Assembly (NCBI GenBank): GCA_951406725.2
Contig: OX597837.1
Span: 15,438,001-15,502,000, forward strand
Source: Octopus vulgaris
Taxonomy: Eukaryota
Length of the DNA: 64,000 nucleotides
Direction: 5' to 3'
Positions 1-13,960 of the stretch are shown here, piece by piece. A program made the translations under genes and the position numbers. How positions within the stretch are numbered: the first letter of the stretch is position 1; each line of letters starts with the position of its first letter. The notes beneath the pieces are model-generated. The model searched no databases, was not told where the DNA came from, and saw only the letters and a program-made list of their open reading frames with translations.

Positions 1-508
1 CTTTTGATGATGTTCCTGGTGGCCCCAAGAACTTAGACTAATGACACAGGGTCAGTTTGACCGAATTTTAGATTCTTGGGAAAAGTAACGCATAGAGGCC
101 CACTACATATCAAAAACAACAACATAAACTGATTAGCATTGACTCTCTAGACCCACGGGGGCCTCCGGGCAGTGGACTCGTGCCTTCAAAGGGTGTTGAG
201 TATTCCTCAGCAAAGATTTGGAGGAGAAAAAGTTTGCACAAAGCAAAAGAGTCTTAAACGTGTTTATGTTTCTTGTAAACTTGAGGATGACGTCAGAATC
301 GGTTTCAAATTTTGACACAAGGCTAGCAATTAAGGGGGAGGGTAGGGGTCAGACTGGTACTTATTTAATGGACCCCAAAATGATGAATGGCAAGGTTGTC
401 ATCGGTGGAATTTGAACTCACAATGTAAAATCGAACAAAATGCCGCTAAGCATTTTACCAGGAGTGTTAATGTTTCTGCCAGCTCGCCGTCTTCAGGATG
501 GCGTTAAT

Positions 509-714
509 ATCCTTTCTACTCTAGGTATAAAGTATGAACTTTGGGGGGAGGAGGTAAGTTGATTACACGAACTCTGGTGATCGTCTGGTACTTATTTTAT
601 CGACCCCGAAAGAATGAAAGGCAAAGTCGACCTCGACAGAATTTGAACTCAGAACGCAAAGGCAAACGAAATTTTGAGCAGCATGCTAAAGATTCTTCCA
701 GCTGACCGCCTTGC
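509..714 (-). mobile_element. tRNA-derived SINE family A copy with 13-bp TSD
   Basis: Matches family A (gacccc-gaaagaatgaaaggcaaagtcgacctcg-gaatttgaactcagaacg). Direct repeat ggatggcgttaat at 496-508 and 715-727. A further decayed copy lies at ~320-492. Confidence 0.8.
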
Positions 715-1854
715 GGATGGCGTTAATGTCGACAGGAAGTGAGGCCTCTTCTGGACTCGTGGCCGCTTCAACACGGAACATTTTAACATTTTGTTGGTTA
801 AAATTTTGCAGTCTAAGTGCAGCAAATAGCTACAAAAAATATTTATCGAAAAAAACAGAGACTATAGCGTTCAAACTCCCACGGAAATGCGACCAAAAAA
901 TGTGTCACATTTCCGTGGGAGATGCTAACTAACTAATGTTATCTACAGTTACCGAAACTCTCGTAATATTTAGGAACGACTTCCAAAGTGACATTTTGAT
1001 TTTGCTAATATACGATGCCTTCCGAAGGAAAGATTGCCATTGGATAAAGATGGAAAATATTTCTAACCATCTTTTATCTTCTACCTATTTCTTTACTACC
1101 CACAAGGGGCTAAATACGGTTACGCATTTCGCCCGGCGTGCTAACCACTCTGCCAGCTCGCCGCCTTAATCATCTTTTATCTTCTACCCGTTTCAGCCAT
1201 TGGATTGACTGCGGCCATGCCGGAGCACCGCCTTGAAGGGTTTAGTGGAATAAATCGACTCCAGTACTTATTCCATCAGTCTCTTTTGCCGAATCGCTAC
1301 GTTACGAGGACATTAACGAAAACCAACCCTGGTTGTGAAGCGGTAGGGGGAGGGACGAACACAGGCGCGCACGTGTGTGTATTTACGTATGTTTACGAGT
1401 GAGAGGACAAAGGAAAGAAAGTGGCATTCAGCACGTTTAGCTGGAATTACAAGTATTATTCATTAACAGTTTGATTGGGCTTCATGTAGCTTAAAACGAA
1501 TCTCACTGTGTGTGCAATATATAGTATTTCAAAGTCTTTTCAGTCACTGATGTTGCAAATAGCCAGGAGGCTTACTAAAAAATTAATTAATAAGGACAGA
1601 ATTAGTATTAATGCCAAAAAGCAAACTTTATATCCAACTCAACGTGGCTGTTGTGTTAGGACACCGAATATTGCGTTAATTAGCTTCAGAGGACCTCTCA
1701 CATGAACAGGCCGTGCATAAAAGCACTCATATCAATATCGTTGGCAGACGACAATCATCTGCTACGGGCACCGGAACGGCCAAATCACGAGGTTTCGCCC
1801 CACTTGGGCTCATCAGCGGCAGAGGTCCGGAAGCGACATAACAGCCGAATCATA

Positions 1855-2262
1855 CATCCATCCATCCATCCATCCATCAATCCATCCATCCATCCATCCA
1901 TACGTACATACATGCATGCATGTATGCATACATACATAATTCTTTCACTCTCTTTCTCTCTCTCTCTCTCTAACCTAGACACACTCTTACACTCACACAC
2001 ACACACATATATACATGTAATACGTGCATAGATACATACATACATACATACATACATACATACATACATACATACATACATACACACACACATACATGCA
2101 TTCATACATACATACATACATACATACATACATACATACATGAATACATGCATACATACATACATACACACACACACATACATGCATTCATTCATACATA
2201 CATACATACATACATACATAATACATACATACATAATACATACATACATACATACATACATA
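1855..2262. repeat. (CATC)n/(CT)n/(TACA)n compound microsatellite
   Basis: Directly visible; source of the YVCM/HTYI pseudo-ORFs. Confidence 0.95.
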
Positions 2263-2345
2263 AATGTTTTCCTTCTTGCATCGCTATGAATATCTCAATA
2301 CTATACACACATATATCTGTTAAAAATTTGTTTATTTCTGTGTTT

Positions 2346-2414
<69 letters not shown>

Positions 2415-3029
2415 GAGTGTTTGAATGTCTCAAAGCAAAAGTAAAAATTTCAAAGAAACGAAAGTGAAAAATCTTGGAATCTAACTTTAAAAGAAATATC
2501 TTTGATGCAAGTGAAAAATCTAAACTTAACCCATTTACGCATGCGCGAAGGAAAAAAATTACTGGAAACATATGCGTAGAAATATATATATGTGTGTGTG
2601 TGTATGTTAATGAGAAATACGTGTGTGTATATGCGTATGTGAGTGTGTGCGTGTTTGTCTGGATTATGTGAGTTTCAGTGTATGTGTCTACAAATATTTT
2701 CGTCTCTCAATCCACACACTGCGCATGCGTGAAGAAACAGAGGCGTTGCAGGATATTGACACAACGAAAGGAAAAACTGTGAGAGACATGTCTTGGAAGG
2801 GAAAAAAGAAATCGTTTCTCTGGGTTAAGAACTGTTGATTGGATTTTATTACAGGTACATCATCGATTTTGCGGAATCTTTACTTCCAGAGACTTTCCAG
2901 ATTACCGATTTTTCCGGATGGTCACCTTGGTCAACACACTCTAAATTAAACAAATATTAAATTTACTTGAATGAAATACAAGAATCTGTGTATTAGTATA
3001 AATGATACAATTTTTATTGATACTGTACT

Positions 3030-3470
3030 GTGGAAGGTACTAGTGTGTGCAAGGTACCAATAGACAAATGTGGCGGCTGCGGCAATTTGAAGTTGCTGTT
3101 GGATGTTATAAGAGGTTCCGAACCGTTGGTGTCTGTAAAAGTCGTTGTTGTTACCTGTACCAACTCACCTGAAAAGTCTGCGTGATTATGAGATTGCTGG
3201 AAACTGAGGAGGAAATTAATGACGTGTTTGTAGAAGTAATTTATGTTTTGTTGGAAAGGTAGTTCGGCCAGTGTTTGTAGTTCGGCAGATCTTGTATATG
3301 ACAGACCCTCTGATCCTACAGCTTTCTGGAGCCATTCCTACGGTACTTCAAATACGAAGCAAAAATCCATTCATTTTTGCCCACTGTTCCTGGAAGGGTC
3401 TTGGGGCTAGAGTTCTCCATAGGACCTGACAGAAGTAAGCATCATAACACTTACTTCGTTGTCTGCCATC
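3030..3470 (-). pseudogene. possible decayed Ty3/Gypsy gag fragment
   Basis: Minus-strand pieces GEL*PQDPS, WLQKAV...ELQTLAEL and VYWYL resemble the ELGDxxPS / WLQxLP...LAELAD / CWYH pattern of some Gypsy gags. Heavily decayed. Confidence 0.3.
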
Positions 3471-3555
3471 CCAACCCCCACCTCTTTTCCTGTCCTCTCT
3501 TCCTCCTCTTCTTTCATAATCCCAGAGTATTAGAGCTGAAATAACAACAACAATA

Positions 3556-3610
<55 letters not shown>

Positions 3611-3628
3611 TTGCTGCTGCCGCTGCTG

Positions 3629-3666
<38 letters not shown>

Positions 3667-3979
3667 TCAACAACAACACTAATGATAGTTGATAAACCGT
3701 TTGTGGATTAATGAATTAATTATCGTATTTACTTTCGTTGTTAATCGATAAACTGTCAGTTAGACAGGCACTTAATGGCGTCCGACACGATAAAGTCGAT
3801 GAACGATGCTTAAATCAGCCGAACACTGATAAGGGAGACAACTCGATCTTCTAAACTGCTTTAATGGGTTGTCGCACAAAACGCGATTTAGTGTGGAGGC
3901 ACGTGGCTTCGTGGTGCGATCATTCAGATCGTGAAGTAATGAGTTCTAAACACGGTGGCGCCTTGGGTGCATATGTATA

Positions 3980-4049
<70 letters not shown>

Positions 4050-4173
4050 TAAATGGAATTCCAACCTTGTCTGATTTTCACGTTTTATTTACAATCTTAT
4101 AATGATATATTATAAGATAATATATTATAATAGAATAAAATAAAATAGTAGAATGTTAAATGTTCATTCTGAT

Positions 4174-4218
4174 TGAACTAGTACTTTCATGCATTGAATT
4201 CTGCAATCTTCGGGTTCA
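4174..4218 (-). ncRNA. minimal type-I hammerhead ribozyme motif (CCGAAGA variant core)
   Basis: Reverse complement reads UGAAC-CCGAAGA-U-UGCA(gaauucaa)UGCA-U-GAAA-GUAC-UA-GUUCA: 5-bp stem I, stem II, palindromic stem III. Confidence 0.7.
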
Positions 4219-4942
4219 TGTAGTAGTGGTGACAGTCATGCTTCACAATTTTTGACTGTAGCAAGATGATTGATTCTGTGCTTTAAATACAGCTGGGTAG
4301 GCTCCAGAGTGCTAGGTTTTGCAAACTGTATTCTGACCAATCAGTGTGTAGTATCACTCAATTACTTAAGCTGATTGGTTGGTTGAGCTGATTGGTTTAG
4401 GCGTCACGCTTTGTTGGACATGTCAAGAGTCCTGTATCTTGACCCTGGCCGAAGCAGCAATTGTTGGGTTATTTTTAGAAATGTTGTAAATAGCCTTTGT
4501 CAGAGATTTTTATATTTTTATATTTCAATTGTCATCATCATCATTGTCAGCACCTTAATTATTGTTGCTAGTGGTGATGGTGGTGGCAATAGAACTTTTA
4601 ACCCTGAATAAGATAATTTTCCTGCTATCTTCATCTTGATCACCTTTAGTATTGTTGTTGTTGTTAGTGGTCATGGTCGTAGCAGTAGAAGTAGTACCTC
4701 TAAGTATTATTATTATTATTGCTTATTTAGCTTGGGTTCGAATTTATCAATAAAATTCTTTTCTCTGATTTTCCTCTCGATTCCACTTGGGCTGTGTAAT
4801 TTGTAGAACGGAAATATTATATACATATTCCGGCCACATGTTGCTAGGTGGTTACTCAAAGGTATCTGACGGACCTCTGGGTCTCTAATCTGTTGCCGGT
4901 GTACACGTGAAATTGTGAAGCATGACTGTCACCACTACTACA

Positions 4943-4987
4943 TGAACCCGAAGATCGCAGAATTTAATGCATGAAAGTACTAGTTCA
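4943..4987 (+). ncRNA. minimal type-I hammerhead ribozyme motif (inverted partner copy)
   Basis: tgaac ccgaaga tcgca gaatttaa tgcat gaaa gtac ta gttca. Confidence 0.65.
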
Positions 4988-5144
4988 ATCAGAATGAACA
5001 TTTAACATTCTACTATTTTATTTTATTCTATTATAATATATTATCTTATAATATATCATTATAAGATTGTAAATAAAACGTGAAAATCAGACAATGTTGG
5101 AATTCCTTTTATTAATATATTCTTGTATACACAATCACACACAC

Positions 5145-5213
<69 letters not shown>

Positions 5214-5293
5214 TATTCATATATATGTATATATATATATATATATATTCATATTCATATATACATATATATATATTCATATATATGTATATA

Positions 5294-5505
<212 letters not shown>

Positions 5506-5509
5506 ATTG

Positions 5510-5662
5510 CCCCTGACCGGGATGCAACTCATTTACAGCTGAGTCGACTGGAGAAACGTGAAAGGAAGTGTTCAGCTCAAGAACACAACGCGCAGCTGAT
5601 CTGGGAATCGAAACAACGCTTCCGATTGTCAGTGCAAACGCCTAAAGACTAGGCCACGCGAC
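5510..5662 (-). mobile_element. tRNA-derived SINE (family C), partial
   Basis: Reverse complement has A-box-like gtggcctagt and B-box-like gtttcgattccc, followed by gcgttgtgttcttgagc...actcagctg. Homologous to 51355-51690. Confidence 0.6.
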
Positions 5663-6865
5663 TTAAGACCCCTACCCCCATAACAGGAAATATATAAGGA
5701 AATAGGCATAAGCGATAAAAAACACAACAAACGTTACAAACCAAAATGAAGCCCTCATCGTTAGCTGTCTCACTAAGGATTATAATAGTTTTGACGCTCC
5801 TCAGAGACATGACAACCATTGGATATAGTTTTTTGGCGAGAGATACAATGTAAACGAGACTCAAAAATAGAAGAAAACCTATCTTTGAATCATAGCAACT
5901 CAGGGTTGAAAGAGAAGTGTAGTTAAGAATAGAGACAACGACAGAAAAGGAAGAAGGGCGTCGGTCTGCTTGTGGTTGCATAAATAAAAGAGGTTTTTCA
6001 CGATAAAGAAATAAGCGGATTACGATGGAAATGAATCTAAACGAAAGAACATAAAATAAAATGCAGCAAATATAACAAAAGGAAAAGAAAAGAGACGAAA
6101 AATATTGTTGGACTGTGTTTGAGCAAATAACGAAGGAGAGCAGAATACGAGGCAAGCTGAAGCATAGAAGAGAGATGAGAAGCCAGAAGCAAACGGAAAC
6201 AGGAAGCGTCAAGCTGGGAATAGCTGAAGGCAGAGAAGAAAGGGCGAGGAACGTAGGACATAAAGAGAGAAAGGGAGTAGGAAGGAAGGGAAAGAAGGAA
6301 ATACGAATGAGATAGAAAAGAAAAAACAAAAAGAGAAGAGAAGGAAAAAAATGAGTGAAAAAGGGAAAGAGAAAAGTGGAACACACCGTATAGAGACGAA
6401 AGGAAATATGCGAGAGAAAATGGCTGTTTTCATCGGCGATCTTGAACGTAAGGAATGGACACAAACATTTAAAATACATAGTAAAGGTATAAACGTAAAA
6501 AAGCAAAATTAATTAAACCCACATCAGCTGTTTAACTAAGGATTAAAGTAGTTTTGATGCCTCAAACAGAACTGCGCATCCTAGAGACATTATCTACTAT
6601 TATGGAATCGTAGCGACTTGGACGGAGAACGCACTAGGAGAGTAAAACAAAGGAGGAATGAGAATTACGGCTGGAAGAGTCTAAGGAAAGAAAAACCAAT
6701 GCTTAAACCTGAAAATCTTGGTTAGCATTAATAGGAAAAAATCTGCGCTTTGGACAAACATTTTTCAGAATGAAATAAATTGATTCTATCAAATCAAAAG
6801 AAAGTTATAAAACTTCCAGAAGCAGAACATATTATTTTAGGTAGTTGTGTTAATCATTTTGACAA

Positions 6866-7366
6866 TACATACACGCATACATACATTCATGCATACATAC
6901 ATACATACATACATACATACATACATACATACATACATACATACATACATACACACACACACATACATACATACATACATACATACATACATACATACAT
7001 ACACACACACATACATACATACATGCATACATACATACCCGTACTCACATACATACATACTCACATACATACACACATACATACATACATACATACATAC
7101 ATACATACACACACACATACACACATACATACATACACACACACACATACACACACACATACATACATACATACATACATACACACACATACATACATAC
7201 ATACATACACACACACATACATACATACATACATACACACACACATACACACACACACATACATACATACATACATACATACATACATACATACATACAT
7301 GCATACATACATACATACATGCATGCATACATACATACGTACACACACATACACACATGCATACAT

Positions 7367-7397
<31 letters not shown>

Positions 7398-7437
7398 TAC
7401 ACACATGCATACATACATACATACATACATACATACA

Positions 7438-7471
<34 letters not shown>

Positions 7472-7516
7472 CATACATGCATGCATACATACATACATAT
7501 GTGTGTGTGTATGTGT
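6866..7516. repeat. (CATA)n/(CA)n microsatellite
   Basis: Directly visible. Confidence 0.95.
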
Positions 7517-7788
7517 GAGGAAGAGCAGATAGAGATAGAGAAGAGAAGAAAGAGAGAAAGGCAAGCAGAGAACGTGTAGAATAAATTATATAAAAATACA
7601 AAATAAAAATCTACAACAGTTGAAATTCATACAATAAAAAAAATGCGATATAAAACTATACAAAGACGTAAATTACTAGGATTGAACAGAAATCATATTT
7701 AAATCAAAATATTAAAATTAACGATATTTAGCTAAATTTACAAATATGAAAATAAAAATAGGGCACAAAAGGGCCCGGAAGAAGGACA

Positions 7789-8052
7789 ATATGTGAATGA
7801 CGTACCTATTACTGATGAATTACGTCACCGCTACTTATAGAGGAAATATGCAAATGAGGTCTTCATTACCAACATGTCGCCGTTACCAAGAGGGTTATTT
7901 TGCAAATTACATTATTGCTATTAATACGAAAATTATGCAAATGAAGTCATCATTATTAACAGGTTAATTATGTATATATGTTGTCGCCATTTCTAAAAGT
8001 TTAATTATGTAAATGATGTCTCCGCTATTGGTAGAGTAATTATGCAAATAAC
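7789..8052 (+). repeat. degenerate ~35-bp tandem array containing octamer ATGCAAAT motifs
   Basis: Octamer or variant starts at 7848, 7900, 7935, 7970, 8007 and 8042; spacings are 35, 35, 37, 35 for the last five. Confidence 0.7.
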
Positions 8053-8317
8053 CAGACACAACAAAACTCACGCCTATACACACGTGGTTTATATTTCTGT
8101 TTTAATTCGTAAGAAGTGTTTTCTTCTTATAAAGAAAAAATTGATTCTAACAAAAATTTTTTAAAAAATCTCCATCACTGGAATATGAGTTACCACAACG
8201 GTAAAGACTTACGAATTCAACTTCATAAAAGTCTTACATATATTCATGGTTCCGCTTACAGGTATTAGCTCTATTGGCTGGTCACTTTCGATGGCTGAAA
8301 ACCATTATCGCATTGGC

Positions 8318-8652
8318 TCAGGTGTGAGTGTCGAGTAAGAAGTGTGCTTCCCAACTACGTGGATTTGGGTTCAGTCCCATTGTGTGGCACCTTGGAAAAG
8401 TGTCTACTTCGATAGCTTCGTGAGTAGATTTGATCGACGGAAACTGAAAGAAGCCCGTCGTATATATATGTACATATATATCTATGCGTGTGTGTCTGTG
8501 TTTGTCCCACCATCATCACTTGACAACCGGTGTTGGTGAGTTTACGTCTGATAGAATAATTACTAGGTCGATTCATTCGACTAAAAATTCAAGGCGGTGC
8601 CCCAGTATGGCCGCAGTCAATTGACTGAAACAGGCAAAAGGTAAAAGATAAA
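8318..8652 (+). mobile_element. SINE family B (tRNA head, CORE-like box), internally deleted
   Basis: gggttcagtccca..tggcaccttgg..ggaaactgaaagaagcccgtcg..ggcggtgccccagtatggccgcagtca; matches 55958-56373. Confidence 0.75.
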
Positions 8653-9523
8653 AGATACACACACACACACACACATATATATACTCATTATTTACATTAT
8701 TTATATTTGACGGATTTGTTCGACTAAAACCCTTCAATGCGGTGCTCCAGCATGGCCGCAGTCCCAAAGCAAGTGAAAGTTCAAAGACAACTGGATAAAG
8801 CTCTGCTGGCTGGGTGACCCCTATGGCCGTATTTTCTTTCCTGTCCAATGCAACACTGTCAAGACCATATCGTCTGCAAATTGCTGCATGTTTTGATAGG
8901 AATCTTCCACCAAAATGGCTTCCGTCGATAGGAATGCGTGAGTTCAGCTATAATATTATTATTGTCTATATTTATCCTTAAACAGCCTTTCTTATAAATG
9001 ACATTTTATGTTGTTTTAGCAACATTATGCCACGCTGCAAAGTAGTAATTTAATGACATTTTTGGGAGGAGGCTCTTGACCGCAAGGGAAATATATTCCA
9101 TAAAGATGCTATATAATCGACATATTCGGTTGTACCTTGGATGTTTATGGGTTTCACTCTCTCTCTCTCTCTTTTGTTCAATAGTTTTCTTGTTGTCTTG
9201 TCGCAATCTCCTGGTCTTGGATTATCTTCAAAAGTATAATCTTCAGAATGTGATGCAACAGCTGCGAGTCCAAGAGAAACTACTTTTCATGTCAATGTTT
9301 GCATCACCCTGAAGTTTTTCGGAAACATGAGTTCTTGTCTGAATCGTACCATACGGTGGCATTCAAAAGCCACCTTGATTACTCCGAAGCCTTTTTACCT
9401 CTTTTTTGAGATACAGCCTGTTGATAGTATCATTGATGGTAACGGGTTTAGTCAGCTTCTTGAGAATTTCGATTACTGAGTGGATGGAGGCGGCGTGTAG
9501 GCAAAAGAAGGCGGCAAGAAGGC

Positions 9524-9745
9524 CAAAGAAGGTGGTGAGATGGCAGAATCGGTAGCACGCCGGGCGCAATGCTTAGTGGCATTTCGTCAGTCTTTACGTT
9601 CTGAGTTCAAACTCCGCCGAGGTCATCTTTTCGTCCTTTCAGGGTCGTTAAAACTAATACCAGTCATGTACTGGGGTCGATATAATCGATATACTCCACT
9701 CCACCACTAGAAATTGCTGGCATTGTGCCAAAAATTGAAACCAAT
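9524..9745 (+). mobile_element. SINE family A copy
   Basis: tggcagaatcggtagcacgccggg...gagttcaaactccgccgaggtc...ctggggtcgatataatcga. Confidence 0.8.
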
Positions 9746-11050
9746 GTCTATGGAGCGAATTTCTTTTATGGGTTCGGTATCCCAAATGTTGATACCAGTA
9801 ATGTTAGAGGGAACGTAATGTAAAATATTGTGTTGCTGTAATAGAAAAGCAGCGACGGACATTTTTAAAGCTTGGTTTAGAATTCAATGGTCGCTCCATC
9901 TTTTCTTCACAACATCTTCATTGAAATATGAATTTGTGTATATTTGTTCGTTGCAGGAGACTGCAATCGAGCATCGATGGAATGTTTTGAAAAATGTCTC
10001 TTCCAAATCGATTTGGAAGACGGGAGTCAGTTTACTTTGGTCTTTCTTGGAAAAACGCCAGCATTTCCAGACTTTTATGTAAATCTGATGTTACACAGCC
10101 CAGTGGAACTTGATAACAAGTACACAGCACATCGTTGCCAAGATTATTTACAATGTTATTTAAAGACAGGATTATCCTGACAGCCATGCAAATAGCACAA
10201 CAGATCTAGAATTTATCAATAATTTTTAAAGAAAACCATTGGAGCATTCCAATAAGTTGTGAGAGAAAATTTAGGATGTGCCAGAGTGGAAGATTCCATC
10301 CACAACATTAACAGCTGTCCATGAGTCCGTAAATCCGTAAAGTGCTGTCTCCTTTGGGGCATTACATTATTACCAAAATGATTTCCAATGCTGTTTCTAG
10401 AGCGGTTTGTCCTGCCAATCACACAGAATGTGCACCAGAATTAGAATTTAGGTAATGAACACTAATGGAATATTCCAATAAAAACAGCATTCCAGTGCCA
10501 GCACAACCGACTTCTACAAAAGATCACGTGCTGTTTTAGCGGTCATGCACTGTTGCAGAGATCAGCAACCAAGCGAACGTGAATGTGCTCCGTACAATAA
10601 ATATCTTTTGCCAAGATATTACAACGATTGGTTCCGCATTTGTTCACCACGGTTGTTATCCGGTGGACAGTCGACCTCTACAAAAGTGCATGACCTCTAC
10701 AACGGTGCGTCCTCTATTGCAGAGGTTTAGTTGTGTTTGTACCGAGTTGTTGTTTTTACTGGATTACTCCAAGGGTCGACGAATCGGGGTAAATTACCCC
10801 AAGTGGAGTAAAAATGAAATTCTTGTCGGTAATGAGGACTCATTAGACATAAGTAAAACGTGTTCCTTGTTACGCCGGAAATGTTCCTTCTGGCAGCAGT
10901 TCTTTTGTTTGAAAATGCTTGACAATGGTTGATGAGATTTGTCCAGTTGAACCCGAGATTCCTGCATCGTTATCAGGTCTCCATACCACAATATTCGACT
11001 AACAAGTCTCTGTACTAGTACTCCACCATCTAGTCTGTATACCATTATCC

Positions 11051-11150
11051 CACTATAAAGTTCCCCTCTATCCCAATACCCGACTATGAAGTCTCCCTCT
11101 ATCCCAGTATCCGACTATAAGGTCTCCTTATATCCCAATATCCGGCTATC
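11051..11150 (+). repeat. 30-bp minisatellite, ~3 units
   Basis: Unit ~gactat(a/g)a(a/g)gtctccctctatccca(a/g)ta(c/t)cc repeated about three times. Confidence 0.8.
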
Positions 11151-11519
11151 AAATATCTCTCAGGTGTTTTTTTTTTTTTGCATTCCATATTGCAACTTTT
11201 GGGAGAATATGATTGATGTCCTGTTTTTAGGAGGGAATGTTTTTGCGTAGCACTCCATCTGCCGCTGATTTTACCATACGGCATCATGGTTGTGTTCTTT
11301 CTTTACAGTCCAGACCCCCCACCCCCACCCTCCACCCTCCGAAAGACTCGAAATCATCTGGGAGTAGGAGTTCGGGTAGGCACGGGATGGGGAGGGGGGA
11401 GTAACTACAACATGGCTTGAACGGACGTTCATTCTGCGATCTTCACAGGAAAGCAGCAGCTGGTCTCTAGAGTTTTGGTGATTGCGATATTCGTGATAAT
11501 TGGACGTTTCTACCAGGTA

Positions 11520-11525
11520 CTGCTG

Positions 11526-11579
<54 letters not shown>

Positions 11580-11921
11580 GTTATTGTATTATACCACTAT
11601 TTCTCTTTGCTTCGTCCTCTTCCTAGCAGTAGTAGTAGTGGTGGTGGCAGTGGTAGTACTAGTAGTGGTAGTAGTAGTTAGTATTGTGATTACATATGCA
11701 TATGAGCATGTGTATGTATAGATATATGGTAGTAGCAGCAGCAGCAGAAGCAGCAATAGTAGTACTATTAAACTACTATTTCTTCATCTTCCACGTCTTC
11801 TTTTTCTACTACTACTACTACTACCACCACCACCACAACCACCACCACCACCACCACCACAACCACCACTACCACCACAACAACAACCACCACCACAAAT
11901 ACCACCACCACCACCACCACC

Positions 11922-11976
<55 letters not shown>

Positions 11977-12090
11977 TCGCCGCTGCTGCTGCTGCCGCTT
12001 ATAGTAGCAACCACCAAGGCGGCGGCGGCGCGGCAAAGGGAGACAGGGGCTTGGCTGCGGTAGTGGTTGTGGTGGTGGTAGTTGTTGTAT
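11520..12090. repeat. compound trinucleotide tracts (TAC/TAG/CAC/GCT)n
   Basis: Directly visible. Confidence 0.9.
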
Positions 12091-12599
12091 AGGTGATGGT
12101 TGCAATTATGACAACGAAACCAGTAATGGCGACACGAGTAACAACAACAACAGCATCAACCAAAATAACAACCGCGAATAAATGTCAGCAGGACTTAGCT
12201 GTCTCCTTGTTACGTCGAACGAATCGGAAACCAGTGAGGAATTTGGGAAGAAACCGAGACAAGGCCTGGACAAGAAAACACAAGAAATATCGATTTTGTC
12301 CTGTTGTTTCTTCATTCGGTGAAGAACGACAATCTCGTTATCTCTGTCGGAAAGTGTGAGGAGAATCAGTTTGGCTGAGAATCGTAATAAAGATAAGATG
12401 CAAACGACTTTTATGGTGTGAGTAAATATAACCGTTCTTCTGTCTGTGTTGTTAAGCGGATTGATCGCGATCGCGAAGTTTTAGCTTCAATGCCGCACCA
12501 CGGTTCCTTGGTTAGGTGCCGTCTGCGATGGTGTCTGGCCGACCTTGTGTGCATCGGTCGGCCAGGTTATGTATATCTCTTGAGCACCACCAGCAAAAA

Positions 12600-12770
12600 A
12601 AATTTTTTCCTCTGTCTTCCCTTCTCGGGATCTTTCCTTCTCCTTTGTTTCCGACGAAGAGCTCCGCTCGAAACGTTAAACCCTCCTTCCCTTCTTTCCT
12701 GAGCGTTAAATAATACTTTAATTGTTCCACGTCCTCGCGTTGCTGTGTTTTTTTGTTTGGATTAACTTTA
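12600..12770 (+). mobile_element. PLE terminal repeat (pLTR) fragment with hammerhead at 12647-12681
   Basis: gttt CCGACGA a gagc tcc gctc GAAA cg tt aaac. Homologous in reverse to 16595-16780. Confidence 0.7.
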
Positions 12771-13960
12771 TGTATACATAGACGTATTCATTCACGAAAC
12801 GTCGTGAGTTGCAATGGTGGCTCAAAATTCTTTTGGAAATCTATTCAGCCATAATCTGATATTTAAAAAATTTTTTTTAATACTTTTATTTTTGAATGGG
12901 ATAATTGTGTTTTCTTTACCTTTTATGCAAACTGTCAAATTTAGCCTGAACACTCTGTATACATACACACATACATACATATATACATACATACATACAT
13001 ACATATATACACACACATATACATACATATATATATACATACAGGCATACATACATAATCGACTGCACCTATTGAATGTGTTTTGCTTGTTCGCCAGTTT
13101 GCTGCGGCAAAGCGCTCTGGGATCGACTCCCTCATAGCAATGGATGTTAAAACTGATTCGTTTATTACTGATTCGTTTAACACAGTTGTTTCGTTTTTAA
13201 TTAAACACCTGTAATAAACGAAGGTAGACGATCTGCTGCCAGGACCCACAAACCAACAGTTTGTGAACTGAACATCTCTTACGCTATTCATTCGACCATC
13301 CACGCTTTCAACATCCAACGTAAAAGACAAGATGATAATTGCGTCTGATTTGCTCTGCCTTTGCTGCTAATATTTTCTGCGTTATCTACGGCTTGTCTCA
13401 TGGATGCAGCTTTGTTTTCGTTCAGTAGAAAATCTAAATGATTACTGAAGCTGTACGGGAATGATTGCGTGTGCTGAGGGAATTTCTAGCAAGATATTAT
13501 GATAAATGAAATAAAATAGATTTCTATTTTCTCCTTTCTAAATTGCATTGTTCAGCAGAAATTCCTTCCAGGATCTTTGCAGTGATCAATACAACCAGCG
13601 TAGTATCTCTCTTTTCATGGCGTTCACACTAATATTGTTGCAGCATATTGCTTCGTTTTACTTCGTTTGTATCGTCAGTAAAATTCGAACAATGCCAAAA
13701 TGCCGACGCTCTGATATTTTTCTCAGTGTCTCTCGTTTCTCTGATAATCTTCAACAATTACTGTTTGGAAACAGAAGATTACGTAAGGCGAAGTGTAGTA
13801 ACAGTTTGAATATTTGATAGAATTTACGTGAGAAAGTAGGACAATTGTGATTTGCGTTACGCTTATTACGAATTGATCTGTGATAACACGGATCGGCAAC
13901 CAGTCAAAGAACCTGCTTCTAATGATATTTTTCAGTTTTATTATTATTATTATTATTATT

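Larger units (their letters stand above)
4046..5118. mobile_element. Penelope-like element remnant with ~205-bp inverted terminal arms
   Basis: 4046-4250 and 4910-5118 are near-perfect reverse complements, with (TA)n tracts on both outer sides. Each arm holds a hammerhead motif. CCAAT boxes and a TATTTAAA lie upstream of the minus-strand hammerhead (~4280-4400). Confidence 0.75.

Noticed and set aside
5649-6506. 285-aa hydrophobic ORF resembling a membrane protein
   Set aside because: It is the reverse strand of an A/G-rich low-complexity tract, which yields F/L/S codons without stops; no domain motif.
6780-7601. Long HTYI/YVCM ORFs (also at 1785, 5059, 33794, 48083, 57911)
   Set aside because: Translations of (CATA)n/(TA)n microsatellites.
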